Below, piece after piece: positions 50,055 to 59,169 of a stretch of DNA of 64,000 nt. The notes under the pieces were generated by a model. It searched no databases and was not told the origin of the DNA. It was given only the letters and a program-made list of their open reading frames with translations. Each line of letters begins with the position of its first letter. Position 1 is the first letter of the stretch. The DNA is taken from IMG/VR virus record IMGVR_UViG_3300048591_000147, positions 250,957 through 314,956 of that record; one strand, written 5' to 3'. Position numbers and translations under genes: made by a program.

Positions 50055-50633
50055 ATGGATTTATATGAATTTCAAAATTTGGCTCTCCGTACAGAGAGTA
50101 TCATTGGAGATGTAGTGGTAAATAAAGAAGAGCTTCTATGTTTAATAGAAGCATATGCGATTTTAGGAGACATGCTTGACTGTTACAAAAAGAAGATTTT
50201 CTATAAGAAAGATAAGAAGTATGATGAGACATTTTTATCATCGCTACGTAAGATCCAAAATCTAACATTCAACATTAGTTATAGACATGATAATGATGTG
50301 GAATTGGTAGAACATTTGTCTGGTGAGTCTAGTAGAATCTTACACGGCATGTTAGGTATATGTACCGAGAGTGCCGAACTCGCACAAATTCTTCATAAGT
50401 TTGTAGATGATGGTGGCTTAGATACAATCAATCTAATGGAAGAGATGGCAGACGGTGCTGGAGGCACCAACTCATGGTATGGAGCAATTCTGTGTGACGT
50501 ATTAAACATCGACCCTTATGATCCCATGGACAAAGTCATTAGAAAACTAAAGGCTAGATTTCCAGATAAGTATTGCGATGAAAAGGCAGATAATAGAGAT
50601 ATTGCTGCCGAAAGAGCAGAGTTAGAATCGTGA
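50055..50633 (+). CDS. MazG-like nucleotide pyrophosphohydrolase
   Basis: YEFQ.LALRT, HGMLGICTESAE, EEMAD, KLKARFP. Confidence 0.75.
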   Translation: MDLYEFQNLALRTESIIGDVVVNKEELLCLIEAYAILGDMLDCYKKKIFYKKDKKYDETFLSSLRKIQNLTFNISYRHDNDVELVEHLSGESSRILHGMLGICTESAELAQILHKFVDDGGLDTINLMEEMADGAGGTNSWYGAILCDVLNIDPYDPMDKVIRKLKARFPDKYCDEKADNRDIAAERAELES

Positions 50634-51190
50634 GAAAGATAGCTTGTCTGGATTTGGACGACACAGTTGCGAATCTGCGCGACAGTTTAATGCATGCCCT
50701 CAATGGATATACTGGAAAGGATATCCATTGGAATGATTGGGATTGTTATGATCTGAATAAAATTTATGATCTTGACACCCCATCGGTCGTAGACTGTATC
50801 CAAAGCAATAAGCTATTACAAAATGTAGAACTCATGGACGGATCGCTGGATTTCCTGAACTTACTCAAAAGTAAAGGATATTTAATACATTTTGTAACTG
50901 CGCGAGCATGGCATGAAAAGGGCTATGAGTTGACCAAGGAATGGTTGCAGAGTAGAAATGTCCCATACGATGCATTGAATGTGACCAGCCATCAAGTGGC
51001 CAAAATAGATGCCGTCAGATGCTATTACAATAAGGTGGATTTGGCGATTGATGATTGCTATAGTCATATAGCTGATTACAAGAAAAGTGGCATAGTCACC
51101 CATGCGGTGCTATTCCACCATCCTTGGAATAGAAATCAACCATATGACAAGATCATAAATCATATCTCAGAAGCTGAATTGTACATTTAA
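50630..51190 (+). CDS. HAD 5'(3')-deoxyribonucleotidase
   Basis: LDLDDTV, FVTAR, IDD, PWN. Confidence 0.85.
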   Translation: MRKIACLDLDDTVANLRDSLMHALNGYTGKDIHWNDWDCYDLNKIYDLDTPSVVDCIQSNKLLQNVELMDGSLDFLNLLKSKGYLIHFVTARAWHEKGYELTKEWLQSRNVPYDALNVTSHQVAKIDAVRCYYNKVDLAIDDCYSHIADYKKSGIVTHAVLFHHPWNRNQPYDKIINHISEAELYI

Positions 51191-51268
51191 TAAAACACTA
51201 AATAGCTTGCATATGACAACCAGTGATGATAGTATCGTCACTGGTTGTTATTAATTTGGAGAGATACC

Positions 51269-51553
51269 GTGAAGAAAGTTAGCAAGCAAAAAGCATTAGA
51301 CCTAATCACTAAGGGTGCGCTCTTGGTTGATTTGCGTAGTCCCGTGGCGTTTCGTGATGGAACCATCAAAGGTGCCGTCAATCTACCATTTAAAAACTTC
51401 TTGAATAAACTGTTGGCTATTAAGGCTACGGAGAAGGTCATTATCTTTTCTGACAAGTACACTGATACCGACATCAGAGATGTTCTGACTTATGCCGATC
51501 AGCTAAGAAAAATCGATAATATCTTTGTATCTACTTATAGCGATCTTCTATGA
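51269..51553 (+). CDS. rhodanese-like domain protein (no active-site Cys)
   Basis: LLVDLRSPVAF..GTIKGAVNLP; GTG start with GGAG SD. Confidence 0.7.
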   Translation: MKKVSKQKALDLITKGALLVDLRSPVAFRDGTIKGAVNLPFKNFLNKLLAIKATEKVIIFSDKYTDTDIRDVLTYADQLRKIDNIFVSTYSDLL

Positions 51554-51774
51554 ATGTATTGCTATATGGTAGTGAAGTGAGGCGTGCAAATCTATTATCA
51601 CTAGATGATAGAATCGTTATAGTAGATGAGACTCGCATGCATGTGCTTTGTGATATATCCGAAAATTGTTATTACATGTTAAGAGATCGTGGTTATATTG
51701 TCGAAATCCACGAATTAAAGAATATCGATAATAACTTATATAACATCATCTCTAGGATGACTGGACTGTCATAA
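51550..51774 (+). CDS. hypothetical protein
   Basis: 74-aa ORF. Confidence 0.5.
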   Translation: MNVLLYGSEVRRANLLSLDDRIVIVDETRMHVLCDISENCYYMLRDRGYIVEIHELKNIDNNLYNIISRMTGLS

Positions 51775-51775
51775 G

Positions 51776-51804
51776 AAAAAAGGGTCGCAATAGCGACCCT
51801 TTTT
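51776..51804. terminator. bidirectional terminator
   Basis: AAAAAAGGGTCGC / GCGACCCTTTTT between convergent genes. Confidence 0.85.
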
Positions 51805-51813
51805 CGTTATACA

Positions 51814-52605
51814 TTATGCTGCTTTCAGCGAAACGACATTAGCGTCATCGTCTTCTACGGCACAAATCCACTTCTTAACAAATCCACTTCTAACAATATC
51901 ATCTCTAGTGAATATAATTTCGTCGAACACATTGGATCGTCTTGCAACATTCAGGAACTTCGGCATTCCGGTAAGTTCATTCTTCTTGTTGAATAGATCA
52001 TTCTGTGCAACGTCACCACAAGCGATAATTCTGGAGTTTTCACCTGTTCTGGTTACCACTGAATTTATTTCATGGAAATTCATATTTTGAATTTCATCAA
52101 TGAAAATAATAGCGTTGTCCCAAGTTAATCCTCTCACGAATGATGTTGGAATGAATTCAATACAGCCAAGTGACTTCATTGTATCGTATGCGTCATACTT
52201 ACCCATTAGATGATTTACTATATCTTTATATGGTAGCTCATAAACCGCCAACTTCTCTTCGATTGAGCCGGGAAGGTGCCCAATTTCACGATTTTGCACT
52301 GCGCTTCTTACGATGATTATTTTAAACACGCCATTTTGCTTATTAAGCATTTCGGCTAATGCTAGATACAATGCCACGAAGCTTTTCCCAGTTCCAGCAG
52401 AGCCGTGGGCAATGATGTTATTACCTTGGAAAAATGATTCGAACATGGTTTCTTGTATGTGATTTAACGGTTTGACTGTTTTCAAGTCGTGCGGGGAGAA
52501 ATGCTTTTTTCTTGGTCCTTCCATAGTTGCTTTAGCATTCGTGCTAATCATAGTTGATAGTTCTTCAATTTGTTTATCTTTTTTTGTGCGACTTTTTTGC
52601 GCCAT
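51814..52605 (-). CDS. phoH: PhoH-like ATPase
   Basis: GSAGTGKS, GHLPGSIEEK, RGLTW, IDEIQN, GDVAQND, DIVRS. Confidence 0.95.
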   Translation of the reverse strand: MAQKSRTKKDKQIEELSTMISTNAKATMEGPRKKHFSPHDLKTVKPLNHIQETMFESFFQGNNIIAHGSAGTGKSFVALYLALAEMLNKQNGVFKIIIVRSAVQNREIGHLPGSIEEKLAVYELPYKDIVNHLMGKYDAYDTMKSLGCIEFIPTSFVRGLTWDNAIIFIDEIQNMNFHEINSVVTRTGENSRIIACGDVAQNDLFNKKNELTGMPKFLNVARRSNVFDEIIFTRDDIVRSGFVKKWICAVEDDDANVVSLKAA

Positions 52606-52696
52606 AGTTTTGAAGCTCCTGAGTTATATAAAGATTACTGATTTCGTCACACGATATAATTTCCTCCTATAAATATTACCATGCTTAATATTATTT

Positions 52697-52933
52697 ATGG
52701 AAATCAAAATGAAAACCTATGTGTATAAAGAAAAGGAATGGCTACCAACGGGTAGACAAGCAATTAGAAGTAACAAAAGAGATAGAAACAAAGACGATTC
52801 ATTAATGGAATTGAAGCCGGTGGAGATCGTTGACAAAGACGATAATTCGTTTAACATATGGGTCAGATTCGAAGACCTGTATCATGTCAAAGACGTAGGC
52901 ACTTTAGGGGATAACAATGAAGACCAGAACTAA
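52697..52933 (+). CDS. hypothetical protein
   Basis: After TATAAATA (52668-52675). Confidence 0.55.
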   Translation: MEIKMKTYVYKEKEWLPTGRQAIRSNKRDRNKDDSLMELKPVEIVDKDDNSFNIWVRFEDLYHVKDVGTLGDNNEDQN

Positions 52934-53192
52934 AAATATTCTAAATATTTTCAAGAGTCTATCGAAGAGACTAGGAGAAGATTTGGTTTATTCCATTGCA
53001 TATGATAATGGAAAATTATTAATATGCATTTCAGTACATAAGTCAAAGCGACTTACATATGGCACTGATTCACAAACAAGAACGGTTGAAATAAATGGCA
53101 CGGCATTAGACCGTCAAATAAATGACGTATTGGCAGAAGTTGTAGATTATTTTAAAACTCACCTAAAGGAAAGGGAAAATGAAATTGAATGA
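52917..53192 (+). CDS. hypothetical protein
   Basis: 91-aa ORF. Confidence 0.5.
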   Translation: MKTRTKNILNIFKSLSKRLGEDLVYSIAYDNGKLLICISVHKSKRLTYGTDSQTRTVEINGTALDRQINDVLAEVVDYFKTHLKERENEIE

Positions 53193-53688
53193 GATCACAC
53201 AACCGGCAAATCCTCCCAAGGGAACCTTTGTTGGTGTAAAATTAGACGCAGAATCTAAGCAAAAAATTCTGGATTTAATAGGTAAGTTAAAATTGGAGGA
53301 ACCAATTCCTGAAGACAAGTTACACTCCACGCTAGTGTACTCCGACAAGAAATCTTTGGATGGGTTTAAATCTAATACTAGTTTCGGTGAGAGTGGCTTT
53401 CCAAAGGTTAAGCCGGTCAACTTTAATGTCTTTCCAAATTCACAAAACCCCGGTACTGGATGTCTGGTCATGGAGTTGGATTCGGATTACTTACATACTA
53501 GACATGATGAAATTGTTTCGAAATATGATGTTCAAGAAAAATTTCCGACGTATCGCCCACATATAACACTTTCATACAATTATGCTGGTGAACCACCAGA
53601 CAGTAAATATTTACAAGACCTTGGTGAATTGAATATTGAATCAGAGTATGATGAGCCCATAAACGATAACTTTGCTAAATCTTTATGA
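53179..53688 (+). CDS. acb1: Acb1 (T4 gp57B-like) anti-CBASS 2H phosphodiesterase
   Basis: LHSTLVYS, LVMELDSDYLHTRH, YRPHITLSYN, EYDEP match recalled T4 Acb1 segments IHSTICYS, LVLDSEYLRCRH, YTPHITLSYN, EYKEP. Confidence 0.85.
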   Translation: MKLNEITQPANPPKGTFVGVKLDAESKQKILDLIGKLKLEEPIPEDKLHSTLVYSDKKSLDGFKSNTSFGESGFPKVKPVNFNVFPNSQNPGTGCLVMELDSDYLHTRHDEIVSKYDVQEKFPTYRPHITLSYNYAGEPPDSKYLQDLGELNIESEYDEPINDNFAKSL

Positions 53689-54425
53689 AATCAATTTTTA
53701 TGTCGGACTTGCACCTTGGCAACCCTCATTGCCAAGCCGATAAGCTTTACAATTTTTTAAAGTCGTTAGAGATGGAAGATGGTAATTATTGTATAGAGAA
53801 TCTGTTCTTGGTCGGTGACATCATCGATATGACCGGGTTCAACAATAAGGTATTCTGGTCCCATCATAGAAAAGTAATAAAGAAATTTCTTAGAATGGCT
53901 GATCGTGGTGTGAAGCTCTATTATGTTATTGGTAATCACGACTACCATTTAGAAAATGAAATACTGAATAGTTATGAGGACGTACAGTCATTCAATAATA
54001 TTACATTTTGTAGAGAGTACGTCTACAATAATATTTTACTGATCCATGGTGATCAGTTTGACGGAGTAGTTAAGGCATACCCGATTCTTTATACTATTGG
54101 TGATTTTGGGTATCATTTATTGATACATATCAATCACTTACAGAATAAAGTAAGGAGATTATTCGGTATGAAGGAATGGAGCTTCTCACTCTGGGTAAAG
54201 ACTAAAGTTAAGAAGGCTATCCAGTTTATTAATCACTTTGAAGAAGCGGTGTGTAGGTACGCAAAAGAAAAAAACGTCACAACCGTTATAGCTGGTCACA
54301 TTCATAAAGCCGAAGATACGATGTTTGATGGTATCAGGTATCTTAACACTGGCACCTATGTAGAATTCTGTTCTTATGTGGTAGAGTATAAGGATGGAAC
54401 TTTGGAGCTAAAATTTTATGAGTAA
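53685..54425 (+). CDS. plcP: PlcP-like metallophosphoesterase (UDP-2,3-diacylglucosamine hydrolase superfamily)
   Basis: SDLHLG..CQA, VGDIID, GNHD, IHGDQFD, WSFSLWVKTKVKKAIQFI..FE, GHIH. Confidence 0.75.
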   Translation: MKSIFMSDLHLGNPHCQADKLYNFLKSLEMEDGNYCIENLFLVGDIIDMTGFNNKVFWSHHRKVIKKFLRMADRGVKLYYVIGNHDYHLENEILNSYEDVQSFNNITFCREYVYNNILLIHGDQFDGVVKAYPILYTIGDFGYHLLIHINHLQNKVRRLFGMKEWSFSLWVKTKVKKAIQFINHFEEAVCRYAKEKNVTTVIAGHIHKAEDTMFDGIRYLNTGTYVEFCSYVVEYKDGTLELKFYE

Positions 54426-55461
54426 CGAAAAAGTATTAATAATTTGTGAAGCTAGACCACCACAGGTCAATGGCGTTGTTACAACCTTTAGAAATGTTCA
54501 AAGAGAATTAGAAGAGATGGGGTATACAGTAGATATAATTGGTCCTGATTGGGAGCAATTTAAAACGATGTCCCTTCCCTTTTATAAAGAGATTCAGATT
54601 GTATTGAACCCTTGGAAGATAAGAAACCTTATTAACTCTGGATATTATGATTTTATTCATATCGCTACTGAAGGGCCATTGGGATATTATGCGGCCAAAT
54701 ATTGTGAAAAGAAGAAGATAAAATTCACAACGTCATATCACACCAAGATGCCAGAGTATGTGAATGCTAAGTTTCCGTTGATCCCCACAAACTTAGTATA
54801 CAGATATATGAGAAGACTGCACAAGCGCTCTAGTAACATTCTAGTTACTAGCGAATCTATGCGCAATGAATTAATTGCTAAGGGCTTCAATAATAGTTTT
54901 ATAGTATGGGCCAGAGGCGTAGATGAAACTGTTTTTAATTCTTCCACCAAACAGAAATTGGCTAAACCATACTTATTATATGTGGGTAGAGTTTCTGTAG
55001 AAAAGAACATCGATGCGTTCATGAAGTTGGACTTTCCAGACCATATTAAAGTTATAGTTGGTGATGGTCCAGATTTGGCACGATTGAAGAGTGAGAATGA
55101 ACACAGACAAGATATACTTTTTGTTGGCGTCAAGTTCGGTAAAGACCTAGCAGCGTGGTATGCCGGTGCCGATTGTTTCGTTTTCCCTTCAAAAACAGAT
55201 ACTTACGGTATTGTCATGATCGAATCACTGTGTTGTGGCACCCCCGTAGCCGGATATGATGTTACTGGGCCAGTAGATATCATTACTCGTCCAGAATTTG
55301 GAGAAGCGTATCCACATTTACAGACAGCAGTAGAAATAGTATTAGATGAATTCAAACATGACCCTGATAGAAGACAGCAATGTGAGGATTTAAGTAGACA
55401 GATGTTTACGTGGTATAATTGCGCCAGCATCTTTGCAAAATCATTGGTCGCTAAGTCATGA
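54418..55461 (+). CDS. GT4 glycosyltransferase (Agt-like)
   Basis: PQVNGVV, IHIATEGPLG, FTTSYHT, YVGRVSVEKN, FPSKTDTYGIVMIE. Confidence 0.9.
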   Translation: MSNEKVLIICEARPPQVNGVVTTFRNVQRELEEMGYTVDIIGPDWEQFKTMSLPFYKEIQIVLNPWKIRNLINSGYYDFIHIATEGPLGYYAAKYCEKKKIKFTTSYHTKMPEYVNAKFPLIPTNLVYRYMRRLHKRSSNILVTSESMRNELIAKGFNNSFIVWARGVDETVFNSSTKQKLAKPYLLYVGRVSVEKNIDAFMKLDFPDHIKVIVGDGPDLARLKSENEHRQDILFVGVKFGKDLAAWYAGADCFVFPSKTDTYGIVMIESLCCGTPVAGYDVTGPVDIITRPEFGEAYPHLQTAVEIVLDEFKHDPDRRQQCEDLSRQMFTWYNCASIFAKSLVAKS

Positions 55462-56093
55462 TCATATTACCAGTAATACATTATTCTACATTATCAGTAG
55501 CATTAGAAAATGCTGAAATAGCTTTTCAGAATGGGTGCGATGGCGTTTTCGTCATCAATATGGACTATACACCAGAAACTGATCTGGAAATTCCAGCAGT
55601 GTGCGCCCATATCAAGAAGCTGTTTCCTAATAAGAAAGTTGGTGCTAATTTCCTATATGCTGATTTCATAACAATGTTTGTAAATGCTGTTGACAGCATA
55701 GATATGATTTGGACAGACGACTTAATTCCCGAAGAGCATGATGAGGTCATCCGGCTACAGGGATTTGTCAAAGACATAGATATCTTCGAATCATTCGCGT
55801 TCAAATATAAAAAAGCCGATCCAGATTTCGTTAACACCGGAAACAATATCTTAGCTAAGGGTAGGATTCCAACTACATCAGGAAGTGGTACTGGTCATGC
55901 AGCACCATTAGAAAAACTCATTCAATTATCTGAGCTTCCCAGACTAGCATTAGCCAGTGGACTGACACCGGATAATGTATCCATGTTTAAGCCATATATT
56001 ACACATGCGCTAGTCGCTACTGGAATCTCTGATTCATTCTATACATTCGATCCAACCAAGGTTAAAGACTTCGTACAAGCCGTTAGAGGTTGA
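55458..56093 (+). CDS. BtpA/SgcQ-like TIM-barrel protein
   Basis: GCDGVFVI, VGANFL, FAFKY, TSGSGTG, LASGLTPDNV, LVATGI. Confidence 0.65.
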   Translation: MIILPVIHYSTLSVALENAEIAFQNGCDGVFVINMDYTPETDLEIPAVCAHIKKLFPNKKVGANFLYADFITMFVNAVDSIDMIWTDDLIPEEHDEVIRLQGFVKDIDIFESFAFKYKKADPDFVNTGNNILAKGRIPTTSGSGTGHAAPLEKLIQLSELPRLALASGLTPDNVSMFKPYITHALVATGISDSFYTFDPTKVKDFVQAVRG

Positions 56094-56141
56094 GTTTTAG
56101 ACGGAAGTCTGATACGATTAACAAAAATCATAGGACGTACA

Positions 56142-57257
56142 ATGGACAGAGTTACAGAGTTAGTTGAGAAGTTAAAGCACTTTGACGAAGCGTATTTCAA
56201 TGCTTCCATAACCGATGAAGTGCTTGATGACAATGAATACGATAATCTTAGGAACAAGCTAAAACTATTGGACCCATCTAACCAGTATTTTACTGGTATT
56301 GGGTCTGATGTTCGCGGTGGTAAGGTTCCCCTACCATTCCCGATGGGATCATTAAATCAAGTATATGATGATAATGACATCCTGAATTGGATAACGAAGT
56401 ATGGCATTTCGAGTGCTGTCATATCTGATAAATTGGATGGATGTTCTTGTGAGCTAATCTATAGAGATGGCCAGTTTGCACAGGCGTTCTCTAGGGGTAA
56501 TGGCGTCGAAGGCGCTGACATAACAAGAAACATTGCGCTAATCCCTAATGTGCCTAAAACTATATCTGCTGGTTATTTGTTCCCAGATGACATCGTAGTC
56601 AGAGCGGAAGTGATCATCAAGAATTTAGTATTTGATGTGAAATATTCAAAAGAATTTAAGAATAGCCGCAATATGGTGGCTGGTATTCTTAATAGAAAAC
56701 TTCCAACAGAAGACGTACTGGGTGACTTCGAAGTTATTGTTTATGAAATAATGGACGGTGTAACCAATCTTACGAAGGCCAAAGAATTGGAGCTTCTTAA
56801 GCAATATGGTTTTACCGTTGTGGAATATCAGACTCATCCAATTGACATTCTGAATGATAATGATCTGGGTAAAATGGTCTTTGATCGAAAGGCAAAGTCT
56901 GCATACCTGTTAGACGGGTTGGTAATAACTACAGACACGTATAAAAACATTTCTGCACAGTCTAACTCGTCATCGTTAAATCCAGAACATTCAGTAAAGT
57001 ATAAGAATCTTTCTAGAGATGCATACCGTGAAGTGTCGGTAGTTGACGTCCTATGGGAATTGTCAATGAATGGACTATGGAAGCCTCGCGTACAGATTGT
57101 CCCAACGGAACTAGATGGTGTCACTATAACCTACGTCACTGGACATAACGGGCGTTTTATATACGATAACAAGATAATGCCGGGGACTGTAGTTAAAATC
57201 GTCAGAGCAGGATCAGTTATACCTCAAATCGTCGGGGTGATATCCGTTCCTACGTAA
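56142..57257 (+). CDS. ligA: NAD-dependent DNA ligase, N-terminal piece (Ia, adenylation, OB)
   Basis: YF...DDNEYD, MGSL, KLDG, RGNG..G.DIT, RAEV, DGLVI, VKYK, RAGSVIP. Confidence 0.92.
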   Translation: MDRVTELVEKLKHFDEAYFNASITDEVLDDNEYDNLRNKLKLLDPSNQYFTGIGSDVRGGKVPLPFPMGSLNQVYDDNDILNWITKYGISSAVISDKLDGCSCELIYRDGQFAQAFSRGNGVEGADITRNIALIPNVPKTISAGYLFPDDIVVRAEVIIKNLVFDVKYSKEFKNSRNMVAGILNRKLPTEDVLGDFEVIVYEIMDGVTNLTKAKELELLKQYGFTVVEYQTHPIDILNDNDLGKMVFDRKAKSAYLLDGLVITTDTYKNISAQSNSSSLNPEHSVKYKNLSRDAYREVSVVDVLWELSMNGLWKPRVQIVPTELDGVTITYVTGHNGRFIYDNKIMPGTVVKIVRAGSVIPQIVGVISVPT

Positions 57258-58007
57258 AAAATCATAAATTATACTTCTCAAGGAATCAAAAGAACGATGC
57301 TTGTGATTAATTCGTAATAATGGGATGTTGTTATTGTAAGCATACATATATTTTTTGTAGTCATATTCGGCATTTTTTGTAAATTTTTCCAATGCTTCCT
57401 TGTCCGTAGTTATACCACATCTGAACATTCTCTTTGGATCAGTGTGTTGTACCCCATCATATTCTATCAATAAGTTAAAATCGTTTAGATAGAAATCGAA
57501 GCGTAGGTCACAATAATCACCAACTAAACCGTTGAATTTCTTATCAAATGTATGTTTTATTCCATAGACATTTGTTAATATATCTGATATTTTTCTCTCA
57601 GCACTTGACATTTTTTTAGAACATAGAGGACAACCTTGACCAAATAAATGTTTCCCCGGAGCTATCTTAAAATCAGCATGAATAGGACACATGACGATTA
57701 TCTTGGTGGTGGAATTTGTATATTCTACTTTATCGTAATTATATCTACCACCATGAATGAAATTGAATTGTGATTTCAATGTATTGATATCTTTTCTCTT
57801 TATGTTCCCTATTTTATCAGACTTACATTTAGCACAGCCGGATTTGTCTAAGTGTTGATTAGGAACTTGTTCAAAGTCTCCATGAATTGGACAAGTTATA
57901 GTAACTTTCGATTTTACTGTAGTATACGTGGTTTTATCATATGTATATTTGTTATTATGTATCTTATTAGCTTTTTCAATAAATTGTTCTGTTGTGACTC
58001 TTTTCAT
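57213..58007 (-). mobile_element. homing endonuclease-like ORF (zinc-ribbon repeats + PD-(D/E)xK/Vsr-like domain)
   Basis: Two H..KY.Y......CPIHG.F...P..H...GC..C repeats, RFDFYL...LIEYDG.QH; AGAGGT SD before ATG 58007; TATAAATA at 58062-58069 (minus). Confidence 0.8.
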
Positions 58008-58085
58008 GTACGGAATTACCTCTTGATTCTTTTTGTTTCCGGTGTATAATACCATTCATTGTATTTATAAGGTGTGTAGATTTTT

Positions 58086-58898
58086 ATGGATAAATTTGAA
58101 AAATATTTTAACGATTCAATGAATAAACTAATGGGCGAGGGTAATTGGTGTTGGAGTCCATCTGGTGTAGAAGTTATGATCCCAGATCATAATAACAATC
58201 CGAAGGTAAAATTTAAACAAGCCTTAGCGTTCTTTGATACCCTGAACGTTGATTTGTTGAAAGAGGCTTCCCTGAAGTCCGTGTTTGACAAGTACAATCT
58301 ATACAATCTTTCATATGATAACATCATTGTATTCTTGGTTGAGCTTCTTGAACTGGAGTGGGTCAGGGTAATTGGTTCGAATGGTAAAAAGATTTTCAAC
58401 AGCTTACATAATAAGCTACAGAAATTACCTCCTGAAGAGTTTTTAGGCGCCCTCAGATATTTTGGCGCAGGGTTCGGTGTTAGAAAATCCAAAATGCTGT
58501 TAAATCAATGTGATGGTATACATGCTGTCAAACATTTATCAGAGAACGATATTGTTAATATGGTTGGATTTGACACAACCACTGCAAAAATGATACTTTC
58601 AGGTATTGATGAAGCACTACTTTTATTAGAGCGCTTGAAGGATTACATCACATTAGTTAAGAAGGTGGCAGTGTCCGCTGATCTTTCACACCTTAATGTG
58701 GTGCTGACGGGTTTCAGAGATTCTACATTACAGAATTTTATTGAAATGAATGGCGGTAAGGTTGGTTCGGGTGTAAGCAAAAAGACAACACACCTAATCT
58801 GCTCGTCAGTGGATTCCGGCTCTTCAAAATATAAGAAGGCACAGGAACTGGGTGTTACTGTAATAACACTTGAGGATTTTAAAAATCAATACCTATAA
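58086..58898 (+). CDS. ligA: NAD-dependent DNA ligase, C-terminal piece (HhH + BRCT)
   Basis: GFGVRKSK and GFDTTTAK HhH-like turns; VVLTGFRD...NGGKVGSGVSKKTTHLI...KYKKAQELGV BRCT. Confidence 0.88.
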   Translation: MDKFEKYFNDSMNKLMGEGNWCWSPSGVEVMIPDHNNNPKVKFKQALAFFDTLNVDLLKEASLKSVFDKYNLYNLSYDNIIVFLVELLELEWVRVIGSNGKKIFNSLHNKLQKLPPEEFLGALRYFGAGFGVRKSKMLLNQCDGIHAVKHLSENDIVNMVGFDTTTAKMILSGIDEALLLLERLKDYITLVKKVAVSADLSHLNVVLTGFRDSTLQNFIEMNGGKVGSGVSKKTTHLICSSVDSGSSKYKKAQELGVTVITLEDFKNQYL

Positions 58899-58919
58899 AC
58901 AACACATCGAAAAGGAATA

Positions 58920-59159
58920 ATGAAAATGTTATATAGAAAAAGAGATAATACGGGCGCATTAAATTTGTCTACAGTTACGTCTATACGGAAATTCCAATTT
59001 CCCGAGGATACTCCAGCGCGTTATGCATTAATGTTTTATACCAATTTTAGCTCATCGACGTATGATTTTAGCTTTAATTATACTTCAGAAGCAGATCGAG
59101 ATGAAGAATATGAGGCAGTTATTAAACATATAAATTCAGATTTACCATACTCAGCATAA
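58920..59159 (+). CDS. hypothetical protein
   Basis: AAGGA SD, 79 aa. Confidence 0.55.
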   Translation: MKMLYRKRDNTGALNLSTVTSIRKFQFPEDTPARYALMFYTNFSSSTYDFSFNYTSEADRDEEYEAVIKHINSDLPYSA

Positions 59160-59169
59160 GGACAATAAT

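Noticed and set aside
55458-56093. Betaine-lipid synthase BtaA completing the lipid-remodelling operon
   Set aside because: Motifs fit a BtpA/SgcQ TIM barrel, not a SAM-dependent BtaA; the name similarity is coincidental
57213-58085. Group I or II intron interrupting ligA
   Set aside because: The endonuclease ORF overlaps exon 1 and leaves only 78 nt before piece B, with no room for a catalytic core; piece B has its own start
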